Source: Azolla caroliniana
Lineage: Eukaryota > Plantae > Polypodiophyta
DNA: 64,000 bases
Assembly (NCBI GenBank): GCA_043228905.1
Contig: JBHGNT010000016.1
Location: 15,438,001 to 15,502,000, forward strand
Reading direction: 5' to 3'
Both the position numbers and the translations under genes were made by a program. This document shows, in pieces, positions 37,501 to 47,991 of the stretch; position 1 is the first letter of the stretch, and each line of letters opens with the position of its first letter. Below the pieces are notes generated by a model. The model saw nothing but the letters and a program-made list of their open reading frames with translations. It did no database searches and was not told the origin of the DNA.

Positions 37501-39126
37501 CTACTATAGTTGTGTAAAGTAGCTAATAAGCTATCCTACTAGCTAATTAGCTATCCTAGTAGGTAATTAGCTATGGTACTAGCTAATTAGCTAGTACTAT
37601 AGTTGTGTAAAAAAGCTAATTAGGTATCCTACTAGCTAATTAGCCACTGGCAACTAATTAGCTATCCTAGTAACTAATTAGCTACTGCCATAGTTGTGTA
37701 AAGTAGCTAATAAGCTATCCTAGTAGCTAATTAGCTACTAGCAGCTAATTAGCTATCCTAGTAGCTAATTAGCTATCCTACTAGCTAATTAGCTACTACC
37801 ATAGTTGAGTAAAGTAGCTAATTAGCTATCCTACTAGCTAATTAGCTACTACCATAGTTGAGTAAAGTACCTAATTAGCTATCCTACTAGCTAATTAGCT
37901 ACTGGCAACTAATTAGCTATCCTACTAGCTAATTAGCTATCCTACTAGCTAATTAGCTATCATAGTAGCTAATTAGCTACTGACATAGTTGTGTAAAGTA
38001 GCTAATAAGCTATCCTAGTAGCTAATTAGCTATCCTACTAGCTAATTAGCTACTACCATAGTTGAGTAAAGTACCTAATTAGCTATCCTACTAGCTAATT
38101 AGCTACTGGCAACTAATTAGCTATCCTAGTAGCTAATTAGCTATCCTAGTAGCTAATTAGCTGCTGGCAACTAATTAGCTATCCTACTAGCGAATTAGCT
38201 ATCCTAGCGAATTAGCTATCCTAGTAGCTACTGCCATAGTTGTGTAAAGTAGCTAATAAGCTATCCTAGTAGCTAATTAGCTACTGGCAGCTAATTAGCT
38301 ATCCTAGTAGCTAATTAGCTACTGGCAACTAATTAGCTATCCTAGTAGCTAATTAGCTACTGGCAGCTAATTAGCTGTCCTAGTAGCTAATAAGCTATCC
38401 TAACTACTACCATAGTTGAGTAAAGTACCTAATTAGCTATCCTAACTACTACCATAGTTGAGTAAAGTACCTAATTAGCTATCATACTAGCTAATTAGCT
38501 ATCGTACTAGCTAATTAGCTATCCTAGCTTCTACCATAGTTTAGTAAAGTAGCTAATTAGCTATCCTAAATAACTGTCATGTTATTGTAGAATCTTGTGG
38601 ATTAAGGACGACACATGATGTGTCTGGTGCTGATGATGCTGCGACAGATGAGGATACTACTGCCAATGTGGCTGAAAGTAAGAGTCCTGCTATCACATCT
38701 CCTTCAGATCAGCTGCACCCTATTCTTTTGGAACAGTGTACTGAATTAGGCAACGATGTGAAATGCCATGAAATAGTGGAAACAACATGTAAAACTGAGG
38801 TTCACAACAACAGTGTTTATGAACACTTGATGCAACATTTCTTTGAGTCTCAAGACCTTGATTCCACCCCACCGAACCCAACTACTGAAAATGTCCAAAC
38901 AGATCCCTCTGTACTTGAAAAGCTAGTTCAAGAAACGGCTGATGTGCAATTAGCTGCTGAGGCGATGGGAAGGTTGTCGGAGGAGGACACACTTGCGCAT
39001 TGGGTCCTAGAAGCAAGGCTAAATGGGGAACCAACCAGAAAAAGGCTGAAGAAGGGGCCACGATCGGGAACAAGACCAGTTACTCGGTCAAGGGGCCCAG
39101 ACGTAGTGGAGCGAAATACTGTTTAG
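34501..39126 (+). CDS. Transposon cargo gene, five exons (34501-34529, 35035-35716, 35795-35938, 36023-36356, 38591-39126), 574 aa: unknown N-terminal domain, coiled coil, RING-H2-like finger, acidic tail, basic NLS
   Basis: All four introns are GT..AG and phase-compatible, giving 1725 nt with no internal stop; RING-like CIAC-x17-CNHTYHLLC-x10-CLGDC at ~36185-36320; PTRKRLKK near the C-terminus. Confidence 0.75.
34570..34935. repeat. Telobox-rich (TTAGGGTTT) ~13-bp degenerate tandem repeat in intron 1 of the cargo gene
   Basis: Units such as TTCTGATTAGGGTT / TTGTGATTGAAAT alternate; multiple TAGGGTTT (reverse complement of AAACCCTA). Confidence 0.8.
36365..38570. repeat. Palindromic minisatellite array (core TAGCTAATTAGCTA, 18-20-bp monomers with higher-order units) filling intron 4
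   Basis: Dozens of GCTAATTAGCTA cores separated by TCCTACTA / CTGGCA / CCATAGTTGTGTAAAGTA spacers. Confidence 0.97.
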
Positions 39127-39375
39127 TTGGATATGATTGTTAGCTTAGGGATTTTGCTAGGGTTTTATGAAGTTTTACTATCCTGTTGGACAAGTAAAAC
39201 CTTAGATTGGTTGTTGCTTGATCCACATTATGTAATGGAACTCTATGATGTTTTTCCAAGATAATTTGAAGAGTGTTGTTCTATGACTGAAACTCTTTGA
39301 TGTTCAGGATATTGTTTTGTGAGACTAGTAGTTACTTTGTGAGTGTGAATATGTTGGTGTTTTCTGATGTTGCAG

Positions 39376-40244
39376 AGTCTAAAGGGTTTGATTCTATTGC
39401 TCGTAAGGCCAATGGCAGTGTGGATACTGTTGATGTTGCGGCATGTTTAAAGGGCCCCATCTTGAAAGTAGATGTAGCAACTGACACAAGTGATCTGGTC
39501 ACACAAGTTGATCAAGCATGTAGCACGGATGACTTGGTGTTGCAGGTAGATGCAGCATGTAGCACGGATGACTTGGTGTTGCAGGTAGATGCAGCATGTA
39601 GCACGGATGACTTGGTGTTGCAGGTAGATGCAGCATGTAGCACGGATGACTTGGTGTTGCAGGTAGATGCAGCATGTGATACCAGTGGATTGATATCGAG
39701 CAGAACAGTAGCTACATGCACTGAGGTAATCCAAGGTTTGATAACTAAGTCGACAAAACAAGAGCACCAGAATGTGAAGCTAGGCCCAACACAGTCGACT
39801 AGGGGTTTAAAGAGGAAAAGGACACCAGTTGTGTCAGCCGAACCTGAGCTGATTGAGATTGATCGTATCCTACCAGAAAATGGTGTAACAGCGGCTCAGT
39901 TTCAGGAATGGAAACCTAAACCACTAGAAGTCGAGCGAAGAGCCTTGATCTTGGAGCTGGATAAAGTCTTGATGAGTGTGAGATATATGCAGCCAAGGAG
40001 GGACGCAAATCAGTTTCTAGAGTGGGCTGCGGAGTACTTCGATTTGTTTATTTGGAGTGAAAAACCAAAATCAGATGTGTGGAAGTGTTTGGCAAGATTC
40101 TTCCCAAAATGGCGAAGTCGTTTTAAAGGTCAATGGGCACGAGAAAATTGTGAGCAGATGGAAGCTGCAAGATTCAAGAGGCTTTCTGATTTTTGGGCTA
40201 CTTGGCCTGAATATAATGCTGACAATATAATGGTGGCTAATTAG
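39376..40244 (+). CDS. Candidate alternative terminal exon: 13-aa tandem repeats + FCP1/NIF (HAD-like) phosphatase-homology domain, probably 3'-truncated
   Basis: Acceptor TGTTGCAG at 39368-39375 in the same phase as the exon-4 donor; VDAACSTDDLVLQ x4-5; LKRKR basic patch; LILELDKVL, RRDANQFLEWAAEYFDLFIWS, WARENC and KRLSDFWATWPEYNADNIMV resemble NIF/UBLCP1-type motifs. Confidence 0.65.
39505..39680 (+). repeat. 39-bp coding tandem repeat (4-5 copies)
   Basis: GCATGTAGCACGGATGACTTGGTGTTGCAGGTAGATGCA repeated exactly. Confidence 0.95.
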
Positions 40245-40575
40245 CTATCCTAACTAATTAGCTATCATGGTAGTAGCTATTGAGAGTAGCCAGTTACCTA
40301 TGTAGTAGCTATCATAGTAGCTAATTAGCTATCATGGTAGCTAATTAGCTTTCCTAGTAGCTAATTAGCTGGTAATAACGAAATAGCTAACTAGCTAGCA
40401 GTACAGCTAATTATCTGGTAGTACCTAAATTAGCTATTGAGAATAGCTAATTAGCTATCATGGTAGTAACTATTGAGAGTAGCTAGTTACCTATGTAGTA
40501 GCGATCCTAGTAGCTAACTGAGGTAAATGTATCTGATAAGCTAATTAGCTTTTTTGCTAACTGAGCTAATTAACT
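40235..40575. repeat. Second, more degenerate TAGCTAATTAGCTA array between the converging genes
   Basis: Same core motif, lower identity. Confidence 0.9.
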
Positions 40576-40618
40576 TTCCGAGTAGAGTCAAAACAAATGT
40601 TGAGATAAATGTAAATAC

Positions 40619-41368
40619 CTGAGGTACATCAAGAAGATGAATGGGATGCTCCTCGTATTGATTTCTTCCAACACGTTTCCTGCATAAATCCTTTTTATTG
40701 GGTGAAACCCTACTCTCATTAGTCCAAAACATTGTGATTACATCCTTGATTTCAAATGTTATGGGTGTCATTGGCTTACATCTTGTAGTTAGCTTTAGTA
40801 GACTAGTTCCTTCACCCGAGGAAATTATACGGTTCATTGTATTGTACACTGTTTTTCTACTAACACCAATTACCTTAGATAGCTCACTGATGTTTATATC
40901 GTCAACATCACTATTAAGTAACATCATTAGACTAGACCTTTTTAAGACAAGATCATCTTCTGACCTGCTCATGGATACGAAACTATTACGAAGATTATTT
41001 ACTAAAATAGATGATATGTTTGCATTAAGACCATCACAATCAACTAAGTCCTTTATCGATGGATCATTACATATTCCATAAAGTACTACCTTCTTTTCTT
41101 CATTGCTGATGTGCTTGGTTTGAACATTGAAATAGTCTACAACCTTTCTCTCTATGATGGTAGTCGCATTACTTACATTCTCAGCTAAACTATCCTTACC
41201 TTTACTGAGTGTGGCTTTCGTATCCTTCAACAATTGACGATGTTTCCTTTTTTTTTTTGCCCAATAGTTTCGTATGGCTTGTTGTGTCCTGATAACATCA
41301 TCCCTATCCTTATGATCATTGAGGGGTAATTCTAAACACCCTTCTTCCCCTTCCATTTGGCTAGACAT
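40619..41368 (-). pseudogene. First exon (250 codons) of a putative Sola2-like transposase; catalytic exons absent
   Basis: HTH-like ISELSKVIGVSRKTVY followed by FWTNESRVSPNKKDLCRKR, resembling the SR.xP.KKD motif of Sola2-type transposase N-termini (from memory, unverified); ends at donor CAG|GTATTT (40619/40618); no DDD core left in the element. Confidence 0.55.
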
Positions 41369-41704
41369 GTTAAAACCCTAAATTTCCAGAAAAAAAAACA
41401 AGTATTAAAGATGGCTATGGGCAACAACAATACACAAAAATATTCCACACAATACACAAGATTAGACACAACAATACACAAGATAATCAATAGACAGAAA
41501 AGTTATTGCAATCCAAGACCGAACAGTAGAGGATTTCACTCTGTTGGATCCAACAGTTGAGGAGGCGATCCAAGACCGACCAATGGCAACAACTGAGTGT
41601 AGAATGTTGCCGTTGGATGAGTGAACTCCGTCAAATCGAAATGTGGAAGCAATCCGGGACTGGACAGTAGTGGCAACTGAGTATAGAATGATGGCAATGG
41701 AGGA

Positions 41705-42437
41705 GAGAACCCCGTCAGATTGAACAGTTACCGATGATGCTTGAAACGCACATAGAAGGCACTTGAGAATAGAGTGGCATAGAGAAGAGAACCCCGTCAG
41801 ATTGAACAGTTACCAATGATGCTTGAAACGCACAGTAGCGGCCCCTGAGTGAGAGTGGAAAAGAGAAGAGAACCCCGTCAGATTGAACAGTTACCAATGA
41901 TGCTTGAAACGCACAGTAGCGGCCCCTGAGTGAGAGTGGAAAAGAGAAGAGAACCCCGTCAGATTGAATAGCTCTTTGATTATGCTTGGAACGCACAGTA
42001 GCAACCCCTGAGTGTAGAGTGGCAAAGAGAAGAGAACCCCGTCAGATTGAACAGCTCTTTGATGATGCTTGGAATGCACAACAGCGGCCCCTGAGTGTAG
42101 AGTGGCACAGAGAAGAGAACCCCCTCAGATTGAACAGCTCTTTGATGATGCTTGGAACGCACAGTAATGGCCCCTGAGTGTAGAGTGGCACAGAGAAGAG
42201 AACCCCCTCAGATTGAACAGCTCTTTGATGATGCTTGGAACGCACAGTAATGGCCCCTGAGTGTAGAGTGGCACAGAGAAGAGAACCCCGTCAGATTGAA
42301 CAGCTCTTTGATGATGCTTGGAATGCACAGTAGTGGCCCCTGAGTGTAGAGTGTCACAGAGAAGAGAACCCCGTCAGATTGAGCAGCTCTTTGATGATGC
42401 TTGGAACGCACAGTAGCAGCCCCTCAGTGTAGAGTGG
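41705..42437. repeat. Nine 81-83-bp tandem repeats upstream of the transposase exon
   Basis: GAGAACCCC(G/C)TCAGATTGA.. starts at 41705, 41787, 41868, 41949, 42032, 42115, 42198, 42281 and 42364; decayed copies back to ~41510. Confidence 0.95.
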
Positions 42438-45400
42438 CGGCAGGTGGACTCGATAGGGTTTAGCAACAGTGGTAGCAACTAACCCACAGTACTCAACTAG
42501 AGATGGCCTACGTGATGTGGCAAAGGATCATGCATAATGGACCTAGGAATTCGATATATAATTTATGGTACACATTTATGGTGCACACATCAATTTATGT
42601 TGCACATTTATGGCACTCATTTACATATGTAATTAAAACACTCTAGTATTTTCAATGGTAGTTTTTTGCATACTTAATTTATTAATGATGGCTTTTTACT
42701 AAAATGACTATTTATCAATGGTAGCTTTTTGCATAGCTAATTAGCTATGTCAAGGACATAGCTAATTGTTTCCACTCGCATGCTTTCACCCATGTGCACA
42801 TATGCTATCGCGCCGAATATCCGGATGTGCGATAAGTCCGACTTCTTTCCGAAGTATTTTTCGTGCGGAGTGACCTCGTCCACGCCGGATGTTGTGCACC
42901 GGTTCATTAGGTAGATGGCCGTATTTGCAGCTTCGGCCCAATATGACTTGGGCATATGCTTCTCGTTCATCATGGCCCGCGCTACTTCGAGGATGTGCCG
43001 ATTTTTGCGCTCGGCTAATCCGTTTTGTTGCGGAGTGTGTCGGCAAGTGAATTCTCGCTGAATTCCTTCCTTTCGGAGATATACCGTGAAATCATCCGAG
43101 AAGTACTCCTTGTCGCCATCCGATCGAAGGCATCGTACATGTCAGCCCGTGGCTTTCTTGACTTTATTCTTGAAATTTTGGAAGTGTCCGAACACTTCGC
43201 TCTTTTGCCGCATCGGGTATATCCAAGTGTGCCTAGAGAAGTCGTCGATCAAGAGCACATAATATCAGCATCCGCCGAATGTAGCCATCTGCGCCGGTCC
43301 CCATACGTCGGAATGGACTACGTCGAGTAGACCTTTGCTCACGTTCCGCTCTTTCGGGAATGGGTGTCGGTGTTGCTTGCAAAATTGGCACGCTTCTCAT
43401 ACACCTTCAATATCCTTCTCTTCGAATGTCGGGAGTTCGATGACGACTCCTTTCGATTTCATTGCTTTGAGTTTGTTGAGATTGATGTGGCCGATTCGCT
43501 TGTGCCATAGCTCTATGTTGGAGTCGGCTTTCGTGTTTTTCGTGAACATGGCGGATTTCATCTCGCGTGAATCAAGAATGAACATCCGGCCCTCTCTTCG
43601 TCCGCAGAGGCATTAGTTGAGGTAGCGGCCAACATAGAGTTTGCTCTATGTTTCATCATGAACATTCCGCCATAGTCGGAGTTGTGCCCGTACATTTCGC
43701 CACGGTCGGAGTTGTGTGCATACATTCCGCCACGATCTTCGTAGTCGGAGTTGTGTGCGTAATTCTTTTGGCACTCTTCTTCGTGGTGGCCGAGCTTTCC
43801 GCAATATCTGCATTTGGTTGCGTTTTGACGGCTTGGGCCGGAGTGGAAACTCCCCCTTCTTGCGAAGGTTCCTCGTTGGCCTCTGTTTTGCGGCCGAAAT
43901 TGGAAGTTGTTGTCGTAGGTCGGACCTCGTTTGCCTTGTCCTTGGATGAATCAGCCTCTCGCTCATCCGCGTCCTCTTCTTCCATTAGAGTGCGTGTAGA
44001 GCATGTGGCCTTCTGACTCATTGCTCCTTGTACGCACGTGGTTTTCTTCGACCAATAGCATTGATTGGAGCTCGAAGAAGGAGGGAGATTTCTCCCGTGC
44101 TGGAACGGCGGTTCGCATCGCGCCGAACCGTGGTGCGAGGCCGCCGAGTCATATTTGCACCATCTCATCATCATCTATACTTACGCTTATTGAGCCGAAC
44201 GAGTCGCAAAGCTCCTTGATCTTCAAGGTGTATGTCGTGATGGACATGTCCCTTTGTTGAATGTTGTTCAACTCTTGGTGGAGTTGAAGCTTCCTCGCAG
44301 TCGTGTTGGCGGCGAAAATCTTTCGTAGATTTTCCCATGCTTCCTTCGGCATCTTGGCTTCTCGAATGTAATCGAGCATGTGGTCGTGAACACATGTCAC
44401 CAAACAATACATCACGTGGCTCACTGCTTGCGGCTTGCTCCCATGTTGCGTATCCGGGAGCCGCTTCGGCGGGTCGGTCTTCATGCGCTCCTTTGATGTA
44501 GCTCCAATAGCCTTGTCCGACAAGGTATTGGTGCATCTTGTACGCCCAAGATGCGAAGTTGTTTCGATCCAACTTCTCAGTAGGGAGAGCACTCCCCATT
44601 TGAGTATTCATTATGTCAATTCTTCTTCTTCTTCTTCTCTCTTCAAATGCGAGCTATGTAGCGAGGCTATGATAGCTATGAGCCGGTTCTTGGTTGTCGG
44701 CGTAGAGCACAACAAACGATCACGATGAGGCCAATGGGCTAGATCGAGCTACCAAATCTCTTTGATACCATGTAAAGAATCAAAAGATTGATTCTAGTAA
44801 AGCGGAAGAGATGTGAGTTATGTGTGTGTGTAAGAGAGAGAGAGAGAGAGAGTGAAACACAGAGAATACGCAAGGTAAAAGTATATTGACAAAGGAGAAA
44901 GACTCAACATTTTACAAAGAGGGAGGAGGGTGCTTTATATAGTCACCCTCTCTCTTCATTAACTACAAGACTCATGGAGCATGGGGAATGTGAAAGCTCA
45001 TAAGTTATGTGTCATAGAATATGATTCTATGACTCATACTAAATGCTAGAATACAAAGTGGTGACTTAATGGTGACTCTTGACCGTTGGAGTGTCTATTC
45101 ACTCTCAAGGTGAGTTCACACACTAGACCAAGTTGAGCTTGATTCTCAACAAAGAAGAATCGGCTCATCGCTATCGTAGTGTGACGACATAGCTCGTGTT
45201 CGAGAGAGAAGGAAAAGAAGAAGGAGATCTTCATCGAAAATGAATACTCAAATGGGGAGTGCTCTCCCTAGCAAGAAGTTGTATAGAAACAACTTTGCAT
45301 CTTGGGAGTACAAGATGCACCAATACCTTGTCGGCCAAGGCTATTGGAGCTACATCAAAGGAGCACATGAAAATTGACCCGACCCAAAGGACGCCAACTA

Positions 45401-47515
45401 CTCAACATGGGAGCAAGCGGCGAGTCAAGTAATGTATTGCTTGGTGACATGTGTTCATGACCACATGCTTGGCTACATTCGAGAAGCCGAGACGCAGAAG
45501 GAAGCATGGGAGAATCTCAAGAAGATATTCACCGCCAACACGACAACACGAAAGCTTCAACTTCGCTAAGAGTTGAACAACATCCAACAAAGGGATATGT
45601 CCATCACAAGCTACACCTTGAAGATCAAGGAGCTTTGTGACTCGCTCGGCTCAATAAGTGTCAATGTCAATGATGATGAGATGGTGCAAATATGCCTCGG
45701 TGGCCTTGCACCACGGTTCGGCGTGATGAGGACCGCCATACTAGCACGGGAGAATCCTCCCTCTTTCTTCGATCTTCAATCCATGTTGTTCGTTGAAGAA
45801 AACCATGTTCGAATGAGGAGCAATGCCTCAGAAGGCCACATTCTCTACACACATTCGAACAGAGGAAGAGGACGTGGCGGAGCAAGAGGCCAATTCAGCA
45901 AAGGACGAGGTGGACGAGGTCAAACTTATGATAACAACTCCCAATTTCGGCAACAAGATGGAAGCCATCGAGGAACATTTAGGAGAAGGAACTTCCATTC
46001 CGGTCCGACCTGACAAACCTCGATTGAATGCGAATATTGCGGCAAAATCGGCCACCATGAAGAAGAGTGCTGAAAGAAGAAGCGTGAGTTGGCTTGCACA
46101 AGCTGACAACTTACCAATTACGCCACCAACTCCGATTATGACGATGATGACGAAATGTTCACGATGAGACATAGAGAAAATTCTATGTCGGCTTCTACTT
46201 CGAATAGTGCCTCTAGTTCGGAAGACGTATGGTTCGTCGATTCCGGTGCCTCAAACCATATGACGTCTCATCAAGAATGCTTCCAAGAACTGTGAGAGCC
46301 AGACCAACCCGGCTATGTCGAAACCAAGAAGACACTACTCATCCGATTCAGCACACCGGCAATGTTCCATTCAGAAAAGAAGGTAACCAAACTTACATTA
46401 AGAATGTCTTGCATGTACCAACCATTACGAAGAATTCGGTCTTTGACAGCCAAATTGTTGAGCAAGGATGCAAGTTCGATTTAATCAAGGCAGTTGCTTT
46501 ATCGAGAAAGAGGGTCGACTCATCACTCACAGACGAAGAGAGGGACAAATGTTCATTCTCGACTCACACGAGATGAAATCAGCCATGTTTGCAAAAAGCA
46601 CCAAAGGTGACACCGACATAGAGTTGTGGCACAAGCAGATTGGCCACATCAACCTCCAAAAGCTCAAGGCAATGCAATCGAAAGGAGTCATCATCGGACT
46701 CCCGACCTTCAAAGCGAAAGCGATTGAAGGCGTATGTGCAACCTGCCGATTTGGCAAGCAACATTGGCACTCATTTCCGAAGGAGAGGAACATGAGCAAA
46801 GGTGTACTTGACGTAATTCATTCCGATGTATGGGACCAACTCAAATGGCTACATTCGGCGGATGCCGATACTACGTGGCCTTCATTGACGACATCTCTAG
46901 GCACACTTGGATCTATCCCATGCGGCAAAAGAGCGAAGTGTTTGGATAGTTCCAAAAATTCAAGAGTGGAGTTGAAAAGGAAACAAGTTGACATGTACGA
47001 TGTCTTCAATTGGATGGAGGAAAACAGTACTTCTCCAACGAATTTCCGGCTTTTCTTCAGAAAGAAGGAATTCGATGAGAGTTCTCATGTCGACATGCGC
47101 CACAACAGAATGGTGTAGCCGAACGAAAGAATCAACACACCCTCGAAGTAGCACGAGCCATGCTTAACGAGAAGCACATGCCGAAGTCGTCTTGGGTAAA
47201 AGCCGCCGACACAACTGTCTACCTAATGAACCGGTGTACACCATCCGGTGTGCATGAGGTTACCCCGGATGAGAAGTTTTTCGGAAAGAAGCCGGATCTA
47301 TCATATTTTCGGATATTCGGGTCCATTGCATACATGCACATCCCCGATGAGAAGAGATAAAAGCTCGACCCGAAGTCGGAGAAATGCATCCTCGTAGGAT
47401 ACTCACTGGAGCAAAAGGGGTACACGTGCTATAACCCCTCTACTCAAATGGTTTGTGTGAGTCGAGACGGTACGAACCCGAGCCAACTCCTCTCGAATCC
47501 TTTCTAGTCGACCCG

Positions 47516-47991
47516 TGTAAAAGATATTGTGTGGAAGCTTGTAGAATAATCGGTTCAACAGGATAACAACAGTAAAAGAGAATGAAGGTTTAATGGAAGC
47601 TTAAGAATACACAGTACACGGGAGAGACAAAGAGAGCAGAATAGCATAGACTCAATTAAAAAATAATAACGCTCTGTACATACAAATGTCCTACAGAACA
47701 CTTTTTATACAAGTCCTTAGAAGGACTGACAGAAGTATTGACAAGTACTTCAATGCTCATACGAGCTATTGACACTAACTCCAAGGAATATGCCTACGTA
47801 CTAGGCTCGGACTGTAGGCTCCAATGGCCTACCGGTTCTCACTATTCCGGAGTTCGATCCGGTTCTCAGATCCGGATCTAGGTTCTAGATACTGATATAT
47901 CCGTACACCTATTTGGTTCTCCGTTCTAGCTAATGATTTGGTTCTGGCACATACACCTGATTCGGATCTGGTTGAGCTTGCCCGCTCAACA
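47516..47991 (-). mobile_element. Solo LTR (476 bp) in Copia A
   Basis: TGTAAAAG...GCTCAACA with perfect 5-bp TSD ACCCG (47511-47515, 47992-47996). Confidence 0.88.

Larger units (their letters stand above)
34022..42791. mobile_element. Cut-and-paste DNA transposon, Sola2-like, 8,770 bp, internally deleted, carrying cargo gene(s)
   Basis: 25-bp TIRs GGGT(A/G)AAAGCATGCGAGTGGAAACA (34022-34046, 42767-42791, 1 mismatch); 4-bp TSD ATGT (34018-34021, 42792-42795); host integrase frame AYVH|IPNEK restored on removal. Boundaries are near-certain; the superfamily call rests on GRG termini + 4-bp TSD + transposase-like exon. Confidence 0.85.
19103..45151 (-). mobile_element. Ty1/Copia element B (same family as A, opposite orientation), inserted just downstream of A's PBS
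   Basis: TSD AAGAA (19098-19102, 45152-45156); 381-bp LTRs 19103-19483 and 44771-45151 (5 differences seen); PBS TGGTATCAAAG at 44760-44770; PPT next to 19484; fragmented gag (44149-44611), integrase (42792-43585, 33304-34021) and RT/RNase H (19760-21840); protease region deleted near 43605. Confidence 0.95.

Noticed and set aside
36365-38570. Palindromic array as a CRISPR array or assembly artefact
   Set aside because: Spacers are reused and short; the array is bounded by phase-compatible splice sites and shows diverged variants, which argues for a real intronic minisatellite.
41715-42411. Series of near-identical 60-93-aa ORFs
   Set aside because: Generated by the 83-bp repeat cycling through frames.
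41705-42437. CRISPR-like appearance of regularly spaced repeats
   Set aside because: Whole units repeat with no unique spacers, no cas genes and a eukaryotic context; it is a tandem repeat.
34022-42791. Classification as Pack-MULE, CACTA or Harbinger
   Set aside because: TSD is 4 bp (fixed by the restored host frame), TIRs are short and start GGG, and there is no CACTA terminus or TAA/TTA target.
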